Shown here: one piece after another, positions 50,730-60,604 of the stretch
Layout: every line of letters starts with the position of its first letter
Numbering within the stretch: position 1 is the first letter of the stretch
Assembly (NCBI GenBank): GCA_963713045.1
Contig: CAVQKE010000007.1
Span: 320,001-384,000, forward strand
Direction of reading: 5' to 3'
Length of the DNA: 64,000 nucleotides
DNA from: an uncultured delta proteobacterium
GTDB lineage: Bacteria > Myxococcota > Myxococcia > Myxococcales > Myxococcaceae
Position numbers and translations under genes: made by a program
Notes under the pieces: generated by a model
Database searches by the model: none
Told to the model about the DNA's origin: nothing
What the model saw: the letters and a program-made list of their open reading frames with translations, nothing else

Positions 50730-51881
50730 CTAGCGCACCGCCTGCGGCAGGGAGAAGGTCGCGTCCTCGTCGCCCAACCCCACCTCCACCACGTGTTGCC
50801 AGTAGCGCAGCCCGGCCTGAAGCCTCACCTGATTCGCACCGGGAATGTGTCCCAGCACGCGGCCGGCGCCCGACACCAACCCCCGCAGGGCCGGGACGAC
50901 GAAGCGCCAGCCATTCTTCGCAAGGCCGAGGGCGTCGGCGTAGTGGTCCTCCACCAGGAAGCGCGCCACGCCATGCCCGAAGGCAGTGACTGTCTCCGCC
51001 CGGGACACCTCGGCCGGCGAGCGCGCCTCGGCGCGCGGGCTTTCCAACAGCGCCAGCGCCAGCGCGCGCGAGTCGGCGTCCGGCGGTGCTTGGGTGAGGC
51101 GGATGAGGTCCCACAAGTCCCTCGCCTCGGCCTCGGTGGAAGCCAACAAGTCCTGGCGCACGCCCAACAGCCAACCGGTGGTGCGCCACAGGTGCAGGAC
51201 GTCCGAGACTTCCTCCAGCGGGAATTTGAAGCCGAAGCGGCGCAGGCCGTCCACCACCACCAGCGAGAAGAGAAGCACCGTTCCGGCCATGTCCAGCTGG
51301 TTGATGGGACTTCCCCACCGGGTGTGGTCCCAGTCGTCCGAGGCCAGAAGGAGGCGCCGCACCTGGGCATGCATCAGCCGCACCCGCGCCGTCGCGACAA
51401 ATCCAGGCGCCCCTGGACGCAGGCCGTCGGGGAGACAGACGGCTTGCACAAAGCGTCCGGTCTCGCTGAGGCGACGCGCGGCCGAGGCCCGCAGCCGCCC
51501 GGAGAAGACAAGCGGCTTGTTTCCCGCTGGCGAGCAATAGCCAAGAATGAGCGAGCGAAAGGCCAGCACCAGCCCACCGAAAATTCCGGTGCGCAACAGC
51601 ACCGCGCCCCCGCGTGCGGCGCGCGGGTAGTCCACCCAAAAGGGCACTTCAAGCAGGCCATCCCGGAAGCGGCGCAGCGCTTTCGGCGCGCGCTTCGGAT
51701 TGCCCAGGGACAGCGCCTGAGTCACCAGGGACTCGCGCACCTGGGGACCGACGCCGGCCAGCGCCTCCACCGCCTCATCCGCTGGCGGGTCCCCCAGGGA
51801 AAGCAACGGCGCGAGGCGGTCCGCTCGCTCGCCGAAGCGCGCACGCGCTTGTTCCAAGTGCACCAGTCGGCGGGGCGTCAC
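50730..51881 (-). CDS. MpaB/DUF2236 oxygenase family protein
   Basis: GDPPAD, RRLSET, RVRLMHAQVR, WGSPINQLD. Confidence 0.85.
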   Translation of the reverse strand: MTPRRLVHLEQARARFGERADRLAPLLSLGDPPADEAVEALAGVGPQVRESLVTQALSLGNPKRAPKALRRFRDGLLEVPFWVDYPRAARGGAVLLRTGIFGGLVLAFRSLILGYCSPAGNKPLVFSGRLRASAARRLSETGRFVQAVCLPDGLRPGAPGFVATARVRLMHAQVRRLLLASDDWDHTRWGSPINQLDMAGTVLLFSLVVVDGLRRFGFKFPLEEVSDVLHLWRTTGWLLGVRQDLLASTEAEARDLWDLIRLTQAPPDADSRALALALLESPRAEARSPAEVSRAETVTAFGHGVARFLVEDHYADALGLAKNGWRFVVPALRGLVSGAGRVLGHIPGANQVRLQAGLRYWQHVVEVGLGDEDATFSLPQAVR

Positions 51882-52074
51882 GACGCTAGCTGGTAACCGG
51901 CGCCGGGGCGCCCTGCTTGACGGGCGCCCGTGGCTGGGGCAAAAGCCGCGGCCGGCGTCTCGAGGGGTCCACGAGGCGCCACCCCAACGCTTCCTCCGGG
52001 GCCCGCCATCGGGGTGGGATGCCGGGCGAGCAGGGGGACGCACTTTTCGGACCTGCTGCAGAGAAGGGTGTCCC

Positions 52075-52830
52075 ATGGCCAGTGACGCGAATGTCCTCAA
52101 CGCCAAGCCGCGCGAGGGCGCGGGGAAGGGCCCGGCGCGCCGCCTGCGCGCCCAAGGGCTGGTGCCGGCCATCGTGTACGGGCGCGGACTGCCTGCCCCG
52201 GCGCACATTGCTCTGGACCCGCACGAAGTGAGGCGCGCCATTGCCACCCCCCTCAAATTCAACACCCTTTTGACGCTGCGGGTGGAGGGGCAGGAGGAGC
52301 GTCGGGTGCTGCTGAAGGACTACCAGCAGGACCCCGTGACCCGAGAAATGCTGCACGCAGACTTCCTCGACGTGCGCGCAAACGAAGAGGTGAAGGTGAA
52401 TGTCCCCCTGGTGCTGGTGGGCAAGCCGGAGGGCGTCGTCGCCGGCGGCATCCTCAGCCAAAACCGTCGCGACATTGAAGTGTACGTCCTGCCCAGCGCA
52501 ATTCCGGAGAAGCTGGAGGCGGACGTCACCCACCTGAAGGTGGCGCAGTCGCTCCACATTCGTGACGTCAAGTTTCCCGCAGGAGTCCGGGTGAAGACGC
52601 ACGTCAACTACACCCTGGCGGTGGTGAACGTGCCGGAGAAGGAAGAGATTCCGGTGGCGGTGGCCGCACCGGTCGCGGGCGCGGCGGTGCCTGGGGCCCC
52701 GGCTCCGGCCGCGGGCGACGTCAAGGGCGCGGCTCCCGGCGCCCCTGGCAAGGGGGCGGCCCCGGCGGCGGCAGGGGACAAGGCCGCGCCTCCGCCCGCA
52801 GCTGGCAAGAAGGACGACAAGAAGAAGTAG
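52075..52830 (+). CDS. rplY: 50S ribosomal protein L25/Ctc
   Basis: GKGPARRLR..G.VPAIVYG, QQDPV...LHADF; Ala/Pro-rich tail. Confidence 0.95.
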   Translation: MASDANVLNAKPREGAGKGPARRLRAQGLVPAIVYGRGLPAPAHIALDPHEVRRAIATPLKFNTLLTLRVEGQEERRVLLKDYQQDPVTREMLHADFLDVRANEEVKVNVPLVLVGKPEGVVAGGILSQNRRDIEVYVLPSAIPEKLEADVTHLKVAQSLHIRDVKFPAGVRVKTHVNYTLAVVNVPEKEEIPVAVAAPVAGAAVPGAPAPAAGDVKGAAPGAPGKGAAPAAAGDKAAPPPAAGKKDDKKK

Positions 52831-52843
52831 CCAAGGCCCAGGC

Positions 52844-53410
52844 GTGAAGCTCATCAGCGGACTGGGGAACCCGGGTGGAGAACACGCCGGGGACAGGCAC
52901 AATGCCGGCTTCCTGGTGGTGGACCGCCTCTCGGCGCGCCTCTCCATCCCGCTGGACAGCACGAAATTCGACGGCCAGCTGGGGACGGGCCGCCTCGGCG
53001 TGGAAAGGCTCCTCCTCCTGGAGCCACAGACGTACATGAATCTGTCTGGGCAGTCGGTGGCGGCCGCGGTGCGCTTCTACAAGCTTGCCTTGCAAGACGT
53101 GCTGGTGGTGCACGATGAGTTGGACCTCCCCTTCGGCCGCCTCCAGCTGAAAAGCGCCGGGGGCACCGCCGGCCACAACGGCCTGCGCAGCATTGTTGCC
53201 AGCCTCGGCGAGGACGGCTTTGCCCGGCTAAGGGTCGGCGTCGGGAAGCCCGAAGGCAAGGAACGGACGGTGGGCCATGTCCTGTCGGGCTTCAGCAAGG
53301 AGGAGCGCTCCGCCCTTCCCGAAGTGCTTGAACGGGCGGCGGACGCTGCCCTGGGCTGGGCCACCCTCCCGCTGGCGGAGGCCATGACGCGCTTCAACCG
53401 CAAGGGCTAG
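52844..53410 (+). CDS. pth: Peptidyl-tRNA hydrolase
   Basis: GLGNPG, RHNAGF, PQTYMNLSG, HDELD, GHNGLRS. Confidence 0.96.
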   Translation: MKLISGLGNPGGEHAGDRHNAGFLVVDRLSARLSIPLDSTKFDGQLGTGRLGVERLLLLEPQTYMNLSGQSVAAAVRFYKLALQDVLVVHDELDLPFGRLQLKSAGGTAGHNGLRSIVASLGEDGFARLRVGVGKPEGKERTVGHVLSGFSKEERSALPEVLERAADAALGWATLPLAEAMTRFNRKG

Positions 53411-53701
53411 CCGGCACGGGTTTCCCCCGCCGGGCTTGGGGGGGGAAGGCTTCCTGGCCTTGACTTCCGGGTCCCGAGACCGCTACGTACCCGCCCCCTT
53501 CCTTCGCCGGCCAAAAGGCTTCTTTGTAAACGGAGGCTTTCTTCCAGCCGAGGCAGGGGCAGCAAGCGCGGTGGTGACGGGCGCGCACATTTCCCGTCCC
53601 CGGGTGGGTCGCTCCAGGGCAGCCCCTCCGCTCCCCGCTTCCCAAGGGCCCCAAGAAGCTTTCGGGCCCCCGGGCGGCACCATCCCAAGGGGACGAGCGA
53701 C

Positions 53702-54175
53702 ATGGCCGAGACGAACACCGCGCATCATCTGCGCGAGTACGAGACGATTTTCCTCGTCAAGCCGGACTTGACGGACGACGGTGTGGACCGAATTAAGGAC
53801 CGGGTCCGCAGCATTGTCTCCCGAGACGGCGGCAAGGTGCTGCGCTTCACGGTGCTGGGCAAGAAGCGGACGCTTTACCCGGTGGCGAAGCAGTCCCGCG
53901 CCATTTACGTCCACGCCCACTACCTGGGCGGCACGGGAATGGTGGCCGAGGTGGAGCGCAACCTGCGCAACTTCGATGAAGTGACGCGCTTCCTTTCCGT
54001 CAAGCTGGCCGACGATGTCGACCCAGAAACGCGGCCGGTGTTGGAGGACGTCCGCATGGCCGGCGACGTGGACGAGCGGCCGCCGGGCGCTCCCGGTGCG
54101 CCGGCGGCTGGCCCACGCGACAGCCTGTCGCCGGTCGGGGCCCTGGACGATGAGGAGCCGGCCGAGGAGGCCTAA
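53702..54175 (+). CDS. rpsF: 30S ribosomal protein S6
   Basis: [26 protein letters not shown]. Confidence 0.95.
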   Translation: MAETNTAHHLREYETIFLVKPDLTDDGVDRIKDRVRSIVSRDGGKVLRFTVLGKKRTLYPVAKQSRAIYVHAHYLGGTGMVAEVERNLRNFDEVTRFLSVKLADDVDPETRPVLEDVRMAGDVDERPPGAPGAPAAGPRDSLSPVGALDDEEPAEEA

Positions 54176-54183
54176 AGACACCT

Positions 54184-54669
54184 ATGAATGGACCGGACGC
54201 ACAAGTGGCAGTCAGTGCAGCCGCGCCAGGCGGCGGACGCAGCCCCGGCGGAGGAGGACGGCCGCCGGGCGGCGGGGGTGGAGGGGGCGGCGGAGGCTAC
54301 GGCGGTGGGGGCGGCGGGGGCGGCTACGGCGGCGGTGGGGGCGGTGGCGGCTACGGCGGCGGTGGCGGGGGCGGCGGCTACGGCGGAGGTGGGGGCGGCG
54401 GCTATGGCGGCGGCAACGGAGCCGGCGAGGACGAACGGCGTGGCACCCGGGGCGGTTTTGGGCGGAAGAAGGTGTGCCGCTTCTGCACCGAGAAGAGCAA
54501 ACCGGACTACAAGGACCAGGCGGCGCTGAAGTACTTCGTCACCGAGCGCGGCAAAATTATTCCCCGCCGCATTTCCGGCAACTGCGCCAAGCACCAGCGC
54601 CAGGTGGCGACCGCCATCAAGCGTGCGCGCGGCCTGGCCCTCATCCCCTACAACGCACTGGTGGGCTAG
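54184..54669 (+). CDS. rpsR: 30S ribosomal protein S18 with Gly/Tyr-rich N-terminal extension
   Basis: [28 protein letters not shown]. Confidence 0.95.
   Translation: MNGPDAQVAVSAAAPGGGRSPGGGGRPPGGGGGGGGGGYGGGGGGGGYGGGGGGGGYGGGGGGGGYGGGGGGGYGGGNGAGEDERRGTRGGFGRKKVCRFCTEKSKPDYKDQAALKYFVTERGKIIPRRISGNCAKHQRQVATAIKRARGLALIPYNALVG
54268..54414 (+). repeat. Coding tandem repeat (G7-10Y)x5
   Basis: GGN runs punctuated by TAC/TAT with a period of about 27 bp. Confidence 0.9.
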
Positions 54670-54678
54670 GGAGCTGCC

Positions 54679-55131
54679 ATGGCGATGAAAGTCATCCTCC
54701 GCGAGGACGTCCCCAACCTCGGTAAGTCCGGGGACTTGGTGTCCGTCAAAGCTGGTTTCGGACGAAACTACCTGCTTCCGCGCAAGCTGGCCGTGCTGGC
54801 CAATGAGTCCAACGTCCGGCAGCTGCAGCATGACCGGGAAGTCATTTCCGCCCAGCAGGCCAAGCTGCGGGGGGCCGCGCAGACGCAAGCCCAGAAGCTC
54901 CAGGCGGTGGTGGTGCGCATCAGTCGAAAGGTGGGCGACCAAGACAAGCTTTTCGGCAGCGTCACTTCGCTGGACATCGCCGAGGCGCTGGCCGCGCAAG
55001 GGCTGAAGGTGGACCGCCGCGCGATTCACCTGGCCGAGCCCATCAAGACCACTGGGAAGCACGCCGTGGAAATCCGGCTGCACCGGGAAGTCCTCTCCAC
55101 CATCCAGGTCGAGGTCTCACCGGAGGCCTAA
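54679..55131 (+). CDS. rplI: 50S ribosomal protein L9
   Basis: MKVIL.EDV..LGK.G, GFGRNYLLP, KLFGSVT. Confidence 0.96.
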   Translation: MAMKVILREDVPNLGKSGDLVSVKAGFGRNYLLPRKLAVLANESNVRQLQHDREVISAQQAKLRGAAQTQAQKLQAVVVRISRKVGDQDKLFGSVTSLDIAEALAAQGLKVDRRAIHLAEPIKTTGKHAVEIRLHREVLSTIQVEVSPEA

Positions 55132-55228
55132 AGTCGCTTTGAAAGCCAATGCGGGCCCCGGCCATTTGCTGGGGGCTGTCAGGGAGCCGGCGGATGTTCC
55201 GGCGAGGATGAGGAGCGAGAGTCCAGCA

Positions 55229-56593
55229 ATGGCGGTGGGGCGGCTGGAGACTTCTGAGCCACGGCGGTCGCTGCAGGATTTGGCCGCCGAGCGCGCGGTG
55301 CTGGGCGCCATCCTTACCGACAACACGGTGGTGGCGGCGGTGGCCGAGGTGGTGCACCCCGACGACTTTGCCAGCCCCGGCCACGTCCACATTTTCTCGG
55401 CCATCCTCGGGCTCGACGCCACCCAGCGCCCGGTGGACCACCTCACCCTGTCCGAGGAGCTGAAGCGCCGGGGGCAGCTGCAGGCCGTCGGTGGTCCGGC
55501 CTACCTGATGTCGCTGGACCAGGTGGTCCCGGTGCCGTCCAGCGCCGTCAGCTACGCCAACATCGTGAAGGACCAGGCAGTGCGCCGCCGACTGGCCGAG
55601 GCCGGCCGGGAAATTCAAGAATTGGCCAGCCAGGACTCGGGCGAGCTGGACGCGATTCTGGACGAGGCCGAGCGGCGCGTCTTTCTGCTTGCCGAGCGCA
55701 AGCGCGAAGGAGATTTAAGGCCGGTGCGCGAGCTGATGGAGCGCACCCTCGACTTGCTGGACCGGATGAAGCTGTCGGCCACCGGCGTCACCGGCCTGTC
55801 CACCGGCTTCCTCGACCTGGACATGCAACTGACGGGCTTTCATCGCGGAGAATTGCTGGTGCTGGCCGCGCGCCCCGGCGTCGGCAAGACGTCGTTGGCG
55901 ATGAATATTGCCCTGCACGTGGCCCTCAAAGAATCGCTTCCGGTGGGGATTTTTTCCCTCGAGATGCCAGCCGACCAGCTGCTGATGCGGCTGTTGGCTG
56001 CCAGCGCCCGGGTGGACATGAAGCGGCTGCGGGGCGGACGCCTCACCGCCCATGACGAGGAGAAATTCCAGGAAGTGGCCGGAAGCCTCTTCAACGCCCC
56101 CCTTTACATCGACGACACCGGGGCCCTGTCCCCCTTCGACTTGCGGGCCAAGGCCCGGCGACTGAAGCAGAAGAATGCGCAGCTGGGGCTGTTGGTGGTC
56201 GACTACCTGCAGCTGATGCACCAGAAGGGCCGCGTGGAGAGCCGGCAGCTGGAGGTCTCGGAGATTTCCCGTTCCCTGAAGGCGCTGGCCAAAGAATTGG
56301 ACTGCCCGGTCCTCGCCTTAAGCCAGCTCAACCGAAAGGTGGAGGAGCGCAAAGGGGGACGGCCGATGTTGTCGGACTTGCGCGAATCCGGCGCCATTGA
56401 GCAGGACGCGGACGTCGTGATGTTCATCCACCGCGATGACGACGAAGACACCGACCCGGGCGGTTACGGCTCTCGGGGCGCGGTCCCGGTGGAGCTCATC
56501 ATCGCCAAACAGCGCAACGGGCCAACGGGCACCATTGACTTGGTCTTCCTCTCCGAATTCACCCGCTTCGAAAGCCGGGCCCGAGAGGCCTGA
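55229..56593 (+). CDS. dnaB: Replicative DNA helicase (start uncertain)
   Basis: AERAVLG, ARPGVGKT, FSLEM, VDYLQLM, LSDLRESGAIEQDAD. Confidence 0.96.
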   Translation: MAVGRLETSEPRRSLQDLAAERAVLGAILTDNTVVAAVAEVVHPDDFASPGHVHIFSAILGLDATQRPVDHLTLSEELKRRGQLQAVGGPAYLMSLDQVVPVPSSAVSYANIVKDQAVRRRLAEAGREIQELASQDSGELDAILDEAERRVFLLAERKREGDLRPVRELMERTLDLLDRMKLSATGVTGLSTGFLDLDMQLTGFHRGELLVLAARPGVGKTSLAMNIALHVALKESLPVGIFSLEMPADQLLMRLLAASARVDMKRLRGGRLTAHDEEKFQEVAGSLFNAPLYIDDTGALSPFDLRAKARRLKQKNAQLGLLVVDYLQLMHQKGRVESRQLEVSEISRSLKALAKELDCPVLALSQLNRKVEERKGGRPMLSDLRESGAIEQDADVVMFIHRDDDEDTDPGGYGSRGAVPVELIIAKQRNGPTGTIDLVFLSEFTRFESRAREA

Positions 56594-56620
56594 AGCCGAG
56601 GGCGGCCCCCCGGCTTTTTC
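56594..56620 (+). terminator. Rho-independent terminator candidate after dnaB
   Basis: AGCCGAGGG-CGGC-CCCCGGCT stem followed by a T run. Confidence 0.55.
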
Positions 56621-56624
56621 CACG

Positions 56625-57365
56625 TCAACCCCGCAGGTACTGGCGCACCGCCGCCCGGGCGCGCAAGACCGCGGACTTCGGCTGAAGGCCCTGGCCCAAC
56701 CCAGTGGCCAGCGTCGAGGCAAACCGGCAGCCCGTGCCCCGCTGTGCGGAGGTGCGGCGGAGGCGGCTCCCCACAAAGCGGTGCACCGCTTCCGGCAGCA
56801 CCAGCACGTCCACCGGCGGTCCGGCCAGGTGCCCGCCCTTCACCACCACCGCACCGAAGCCGTCGGCCCGAAGCGCCGTGGCGAGTCGGCAGACGGCGTC
56901 CAGGCCCTCGGGCACGTCGCGCCGGCCGAGGAGCCAAGCCAATTCCTGGACGTTGGGCGTCAGCCACACCCACGGCCGGGCGAGGGCGCGGAAGTCTGCG
57001 GGACGAAGCCGAGAGAGGCGCTCTCCCCGGGAAGTCCGCACCACCGGGTCCACCACCACTGGCACACGCAGCCGGACCAGGCGGGGCCACAGCACGGCCA
57101 ACGCCCGCCCATCCGGCACCATCCCCAGCTTCACGCTGTCGGGGCGACGGTAGGCGAGGACCGCCTCCAGCTGGGCGGCCAGCAGCGCCCCGGGCGCCGG
57201 CTGACAGTGGAAGGCGCGTCCCTGCGCGGTGAGGGCGGTGGCCAGGCCGAAGGGGACACCGCCCGCGGTGGCCACCGCCGCCACGTCGGCCAGCAGCCCG
57301 ACGCGGCCGGTCGCCTCGAGGCCTGCGGCCACCAGGACGGCCGGCACACTAGCGACGCGTCTCAC
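56625..57365 (-). CDS. thiD: Hydroxymethylpyrimidine/phosphomethylpyrimidine kinase
   Basis: TALTAQ, VKLGMV, VVDPV, LTPN..E, VKGGH, RGTGCRFAS. Confidence 0.85.
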   Translation of the reverse strand: MRRVASVPAVLVAAGLEATGRVGLLADVAAVATAGGVPFGLATALTAQGRAFHCQPAPGALLAAQLEAVLAYRRPDSVKLGMVPDGRALAVLWPRLVRLRVPVVVDPVVRTSRGERLSRLRPADFRALARPWVWLTPNVQELAWLLGRRDVPEGLDAVCRLATALRADGFGAVVVKGGHLAGPPVDVLVLPEAVHRFVGSRLRRTSAQRGTGCRFASTLATGLGQGLQPKSAVLRARAAVRQYLRG

Positions 57366-58095
57366 GGGCCTTCTGCACCAGCGCCCGGTACAGCCCCAGC
57401 TGCAAGGGCATACTCTGCAGGAGCAGCTCCGGGTGCCACTGGACGCCGAGTGCGAAGGGATGTTCTGTGGATTCAATGGCCTCCACCACCCCGTCCGGGG
57501 AGGAGGCGCTCACCCGCAGCGTCGGCGCCACCTGGGAGACGGCTTGGTGGTGGGTGGAATTCACCATCAGCTGACCCCGACCCAGCACCTCGGCCAGCGC
57601 GGAGCCTTCGCGCACGTCCACTGGGTGGCTGGGCTGTGTCCTGTCGTTGCGCTGTTCGTGCTCCTTGGCGCCGCGCAATTCCCGGCGCAAGTCCTGGTAC
57701 AGCGTCCCGCCGAGGACGACGTTGAGAAGTTGCATGCCGCCGCAAATGGCGAGAATCGGGAGTTTTCGTCGCAGGGCGGTCTGCAGCACCAGCGTCTCGA
57801 AGGCCGTCCGGCTGGGCTTCAACGCGCCCAGCCCTTCGCGCGGTGCCTCCCCGTAGGCCTCCGGAGGCACGTCGAAGGCGCCTCCCGTCACCACCACCCC
57901 GGACACCCTGTCCAGGTAGCCGTCCACCACCGCCACTTCGACGCTGAAGGGCAGCACCAGCGGAAGCCCCCCGGCCCTTAGCACTGCATCGGCATAGGCT
58001 GTCTTGAGGACGTAGCGGGAAGCGTCGCCTTCCCCTTCGACGTCCGGGGTAATGCCCACCAGCGGTCGGCGCAGCGGGGTGCCGTGCGGTCTCAC
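57349..58095 (-). CDS. Peptidase C26 / gamma-glutamyl-GABA hydrolase family
   Basis: TGGAFDV.P..YG, ICGGMQLLN, VNSTHHQ, GVQWHPE. Confidence 0.9.
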   Translation of the reverse strand: MRPHGTPLRRPLVGITPDVEGEGDASRYVLKTAYADAVLRAGGLPLVLPFSVEVAVVDGYLDRVSGVVVTGGAFDVPPEAYGEAPREGLGALKPSRTAFETLVLQTALRRKLPILAICGGMQLLNVVLGGTLYQDLRRELRGAKEHEQRNDRTQPSHPVDVREGSALAEVLGRGQLMVNSTHHQAVSQVAPTLRVSASSPDGVVEAIESTEHPFALGVQWHPELLLQSMPLQLGLYRALVQKARETRR

Positions 58096-58742
58096 CCCTT
58101 TGGTATCCCTCGTTCCTCGACGCCGCGCAGGAATTCTTCCTGCAGCAGCCCGACGGTGTGCGCAATGTCCGATGCCGACAGCAGGTTCGACACGACGGCT
58201 GCGCCATACGCCCCGGCGCGGGCCACCGCGCGGATGGAGGAGAGGCCAATGCCGCCAATGGCCACCACCGGAAGGGGGCTCTCCGCCGCCACCCGGGCCA
58301 GCCCCTCGACGCCGAGGAGGGGCGCTGCCACCACCTTGCTGCCAGGGCGGAAGACGGGGCCGAGGCCCACATAGTCGGCGCCGGCAGCCCGCGCCGCCCG
58401 TGCCCCTTCTGCGCTGCGCACCGTCACCCCCACCAGCGCCTTTGGCCCCAGCAGCTGTCGTGCTTCGTCGGCGAGGAGGTCCTCCTCGCCGAGGTGCACC
58501 CCGTCGGCCCCACACAGCAAGGCCCAGTCCACCCTGTCATTCACCAGAAATACCGTCCGGGCGGCCCGGGCCTCGGCCGCCACCTGGCGGCCGAGGGCCA
58601 CCGCCGCTGCCCCTTGGGTGCGCTTCAGCCGCAACTGCAGCACCGGCACCCCACCCCGCAGCAGCGCCTCCACTTGGGCCAGGACGGGCACGTCGGGGCG
58701 GGCGGTGTCATCCGCCAGGGCATAGAGGCCAGGGGGAAACAT
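58092..58742 (-). CDS. thiE: Thiamine-phosphate synthase
   Basis: QLRLK, VNDRVD, DGVHLGEED, ADYVGLGPVF, AIGGI. Confidence 0.93.
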   Translation of the reverse strand: MFPPGLYALADDTARPDVPVLAQVEALLRGGVPVLQLRLKRTQGAAAVALGRQVAAEARAARTVFLVNDRVDWALLCGADGVHLGEEDLLADEARQLLGPKALVGVTVRSAEGARAARAAGADYVGLGPVFRPGSKVVAAPLLGVEGLARVAAESPLPVVAIGGIGLSSIRAVARAGAYGAAVVSNLLSASDIAHTVGLLQEEFLRGVEERGIPKG

Positions 58743-58843
58743 GGGGTGGTCAGCCCGAGTGCCCTTGGACGCCGCGGGCCCGTGCGCTAAAAGTCCCGCG
58801 CCCGGGGCATTCCCGGCAAGGACTGGAAGAGGCTTCCCCCCGT

Positions 58844-59026
58844 ATGGCTGACACCGTGGATTCCAAGCAATTCGACAAGCGCACCGCCGCCCGTTACCGG
58901 GAGTCCGGCCTCCTCGACGAGAAGGCCTGGGAGAAGCACCTCAAGTCCCTTCCGGACTTGGCCGAGGACGCTCTCACCGTGGACACCCGGATGAGCTCCG
59001 AGCCGGACGAAGACAGGGACGGCTGA
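58844..59026 (+). CDS. Small hypothetical protein
   Basis: FDKRT..RY..SG.LDEK..EKHLKSLPD. Confidence 0.7.
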   Translation: MADTVDSKQFDKRTAARYRESGLLDEKAWEKHLKSLPDLAEDALTVDTRMSSEPDEDRDG

Positions 59027-59049
59027 CAAGCCGACAAGGGGCAGCCACT

Positions 59050-59349
59050 GTGGGCGAACGGCGCGGGGAAAGCTTCGTCATTCAGGACCCGCCGACGACC
59101 TCGGGCCGAGTCGACTTCACCACTTTTCTGCTTGGGCTGGCCAGCTCCGCCCTCATCCACATGGGGGCCACGCCCCATCCCGAGACGGGGCTGGTTCAGC
59201 GGGACGACGTTCTCGCCCGGCAGAGCCTCGACCTTTTGGCGCTGCTGAAAGAAAAGACGCGCGGCAACCTCTCCCTGGAAGAGGAGCGGCTCTTCACGAC
59301 GCTGCTCACGGACTTGCGTCTCAAATTCCTCGGGACCCCCCCGCCTTGA
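59050..59349 (+). CDS. DUF1844 protein
   Basis: FTTFLLGLASSALIHMG..PHP, LKEKTRGNL. Confidence 0.88.
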   Translation: MGERRGESFVIQDPPTTSGRVDFTTFLLGLASSALIHMGATPHPETGLVQRDDVLARQSLDLLALLKEKTRGNLSLEEERLFTTLLTDLRLKFLGTPPP

Positions 59350-59970
59350 GCGGCAGCGGCGGCGAGGTCCCGGGCCGCCTGCGCCTGGCCTCCCTTCTGA
59401 GCGTGGTGTTGAGCGGGCTGTGCGGCCTCTTCTCGGCCTGGGATGCTTTTTCCCTCCTCCGTTTGGATGAGTTGAGGAAAGCCCAGCCCCTCTTCAAGCC
59501 CGTCGGAGACGCGGCCCTCGCCGAGCGGCTGTGGGCCTCACGGCTGCTGGCGCTGGAGCACATGCGCGAGCCGCGGATGGTGGTCCTGTTCGCGTTGGCG
59601 TTGGCCTGTTCCTTAACCTTCGTTGCTTCCAGCCGGCTGCTTCGTCCGGCAGGGCTGCCCCGGGAGGGAGTCCGGCGCGTCCTCATCTGGGGGTTGGTGG
59701 TGGCGGCGGCGCTGCGCACCATCAACGGGGCCCAGGACACGGTGCTCGACCAAGGGACGGCCGACATCATGCCGGGGGAGTTTGACGCTGCCCGAGGGGC
59801 TGTCGCAGCACAGCGCGGAGGAGGTACGGCGCCTGCTGGGGCCGGCCATCTTCCTCTTCACCATCGCGCGGACCGTCCTGGTGGTCGGCCCCTTCCTCTT
59901 TTTGAGCCAGTATTTCCGTTCGCCGGCCGTCAAAGAATGGGTCACCCGCCAGGACGCCGCTTCCCCATGA
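59346..59970 (+). CDS. Membrane protein, frameshifted at G5 59774-59778
   Basis: Hydrophobic segments; removing one G continues MPGSLTLPEG...YFRSPAVKEW and ends in an ATGA overlap at 59967-59970. Confidence 0.65.
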
Positions 59971-60545
59971 CGTCAGCCAATCCAGCCCCGCAGCAACGCC
60001 ACGCCGACCGGGCGGCACTGCGCGTCATCATCGTTTACAAAGCCTTCAAGGGGCTCCTCTCCGTCGTCGCGGGCATCATCATCGGCGGCGCCGTTCTCTT
60101 CGGCTTCGGGCCGAAGCTTCAGGCGCACGCCGCCCACGTGCACGAGCACGTCACCCGCGCCTGGGCCCTGCACGCCGCCGAGCTGCTCGCCAAACTGACC
60201 ACCCCCCGCTGGCTGCGCTGGTCCGCGGTGGCGCTGGAACTGGACGGCGCCGTGAACTTCCTCGAGGCCTGGGCCCTGCGCGAGGGCCACGCCTGGGGCC
60301 CCTGGGTGGTGGTGGTGATTACCGCCCTGTTTTTGCCGCTCGAAGTCGTGGAGTTGTGGCGACACCCGAGTCCCGTCCGGGCAGGCCTGCTGGTGGGAAA
60401 CCTGGTGATTCTGGTCTTCCTCATCTGGTACGCGCGGCGCCACGCCTCAGCGTTGGGGCGCCGAGGCGCACCTCCGGCGCCACCCACGGCGCCCGCTGCT
60501 TCAAGCCCTCCCGCACCCCCAGCGACTCCGGCCGCGTCGGCCTGA
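59967..60545 (+). CDS. DUF2127 membrane protein
   Basis: LRVIIVYKAFKG, EAWAL....WG, LPLEVVEL, NL.IL.FL. Confidence 0.8.
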   Translation: MTSANPAPQQRHADRAALRVIIVYKAFKGLLSVVAGIIIGGAVLFGFGPKLQAHAAHVHEHVTRAWALHAAELLAKLTTPRWLRWSAVALELDGAVNFLEAWALREGHAWGPWVVVVITALFLPLEVVELWRHPSPVRAGLLVGNLVILVFLIWYARRHASALGRRGAPPAPPTAPAASSPPAPPATPAASA

Positions 60546-60604
60546 GGGTTGGCGCAGGGAGGCGCAATGCACGGGGGGCTGCGGCCCTTCGCCGGGGTGC
60601 GGGC

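Noticed and set aside
59346..60545. Single 399 aa fusion protein
   Set aside because: Better explained as a frameshifted membrane gene plus a separate DUF2127 gene with an ATGA overlap
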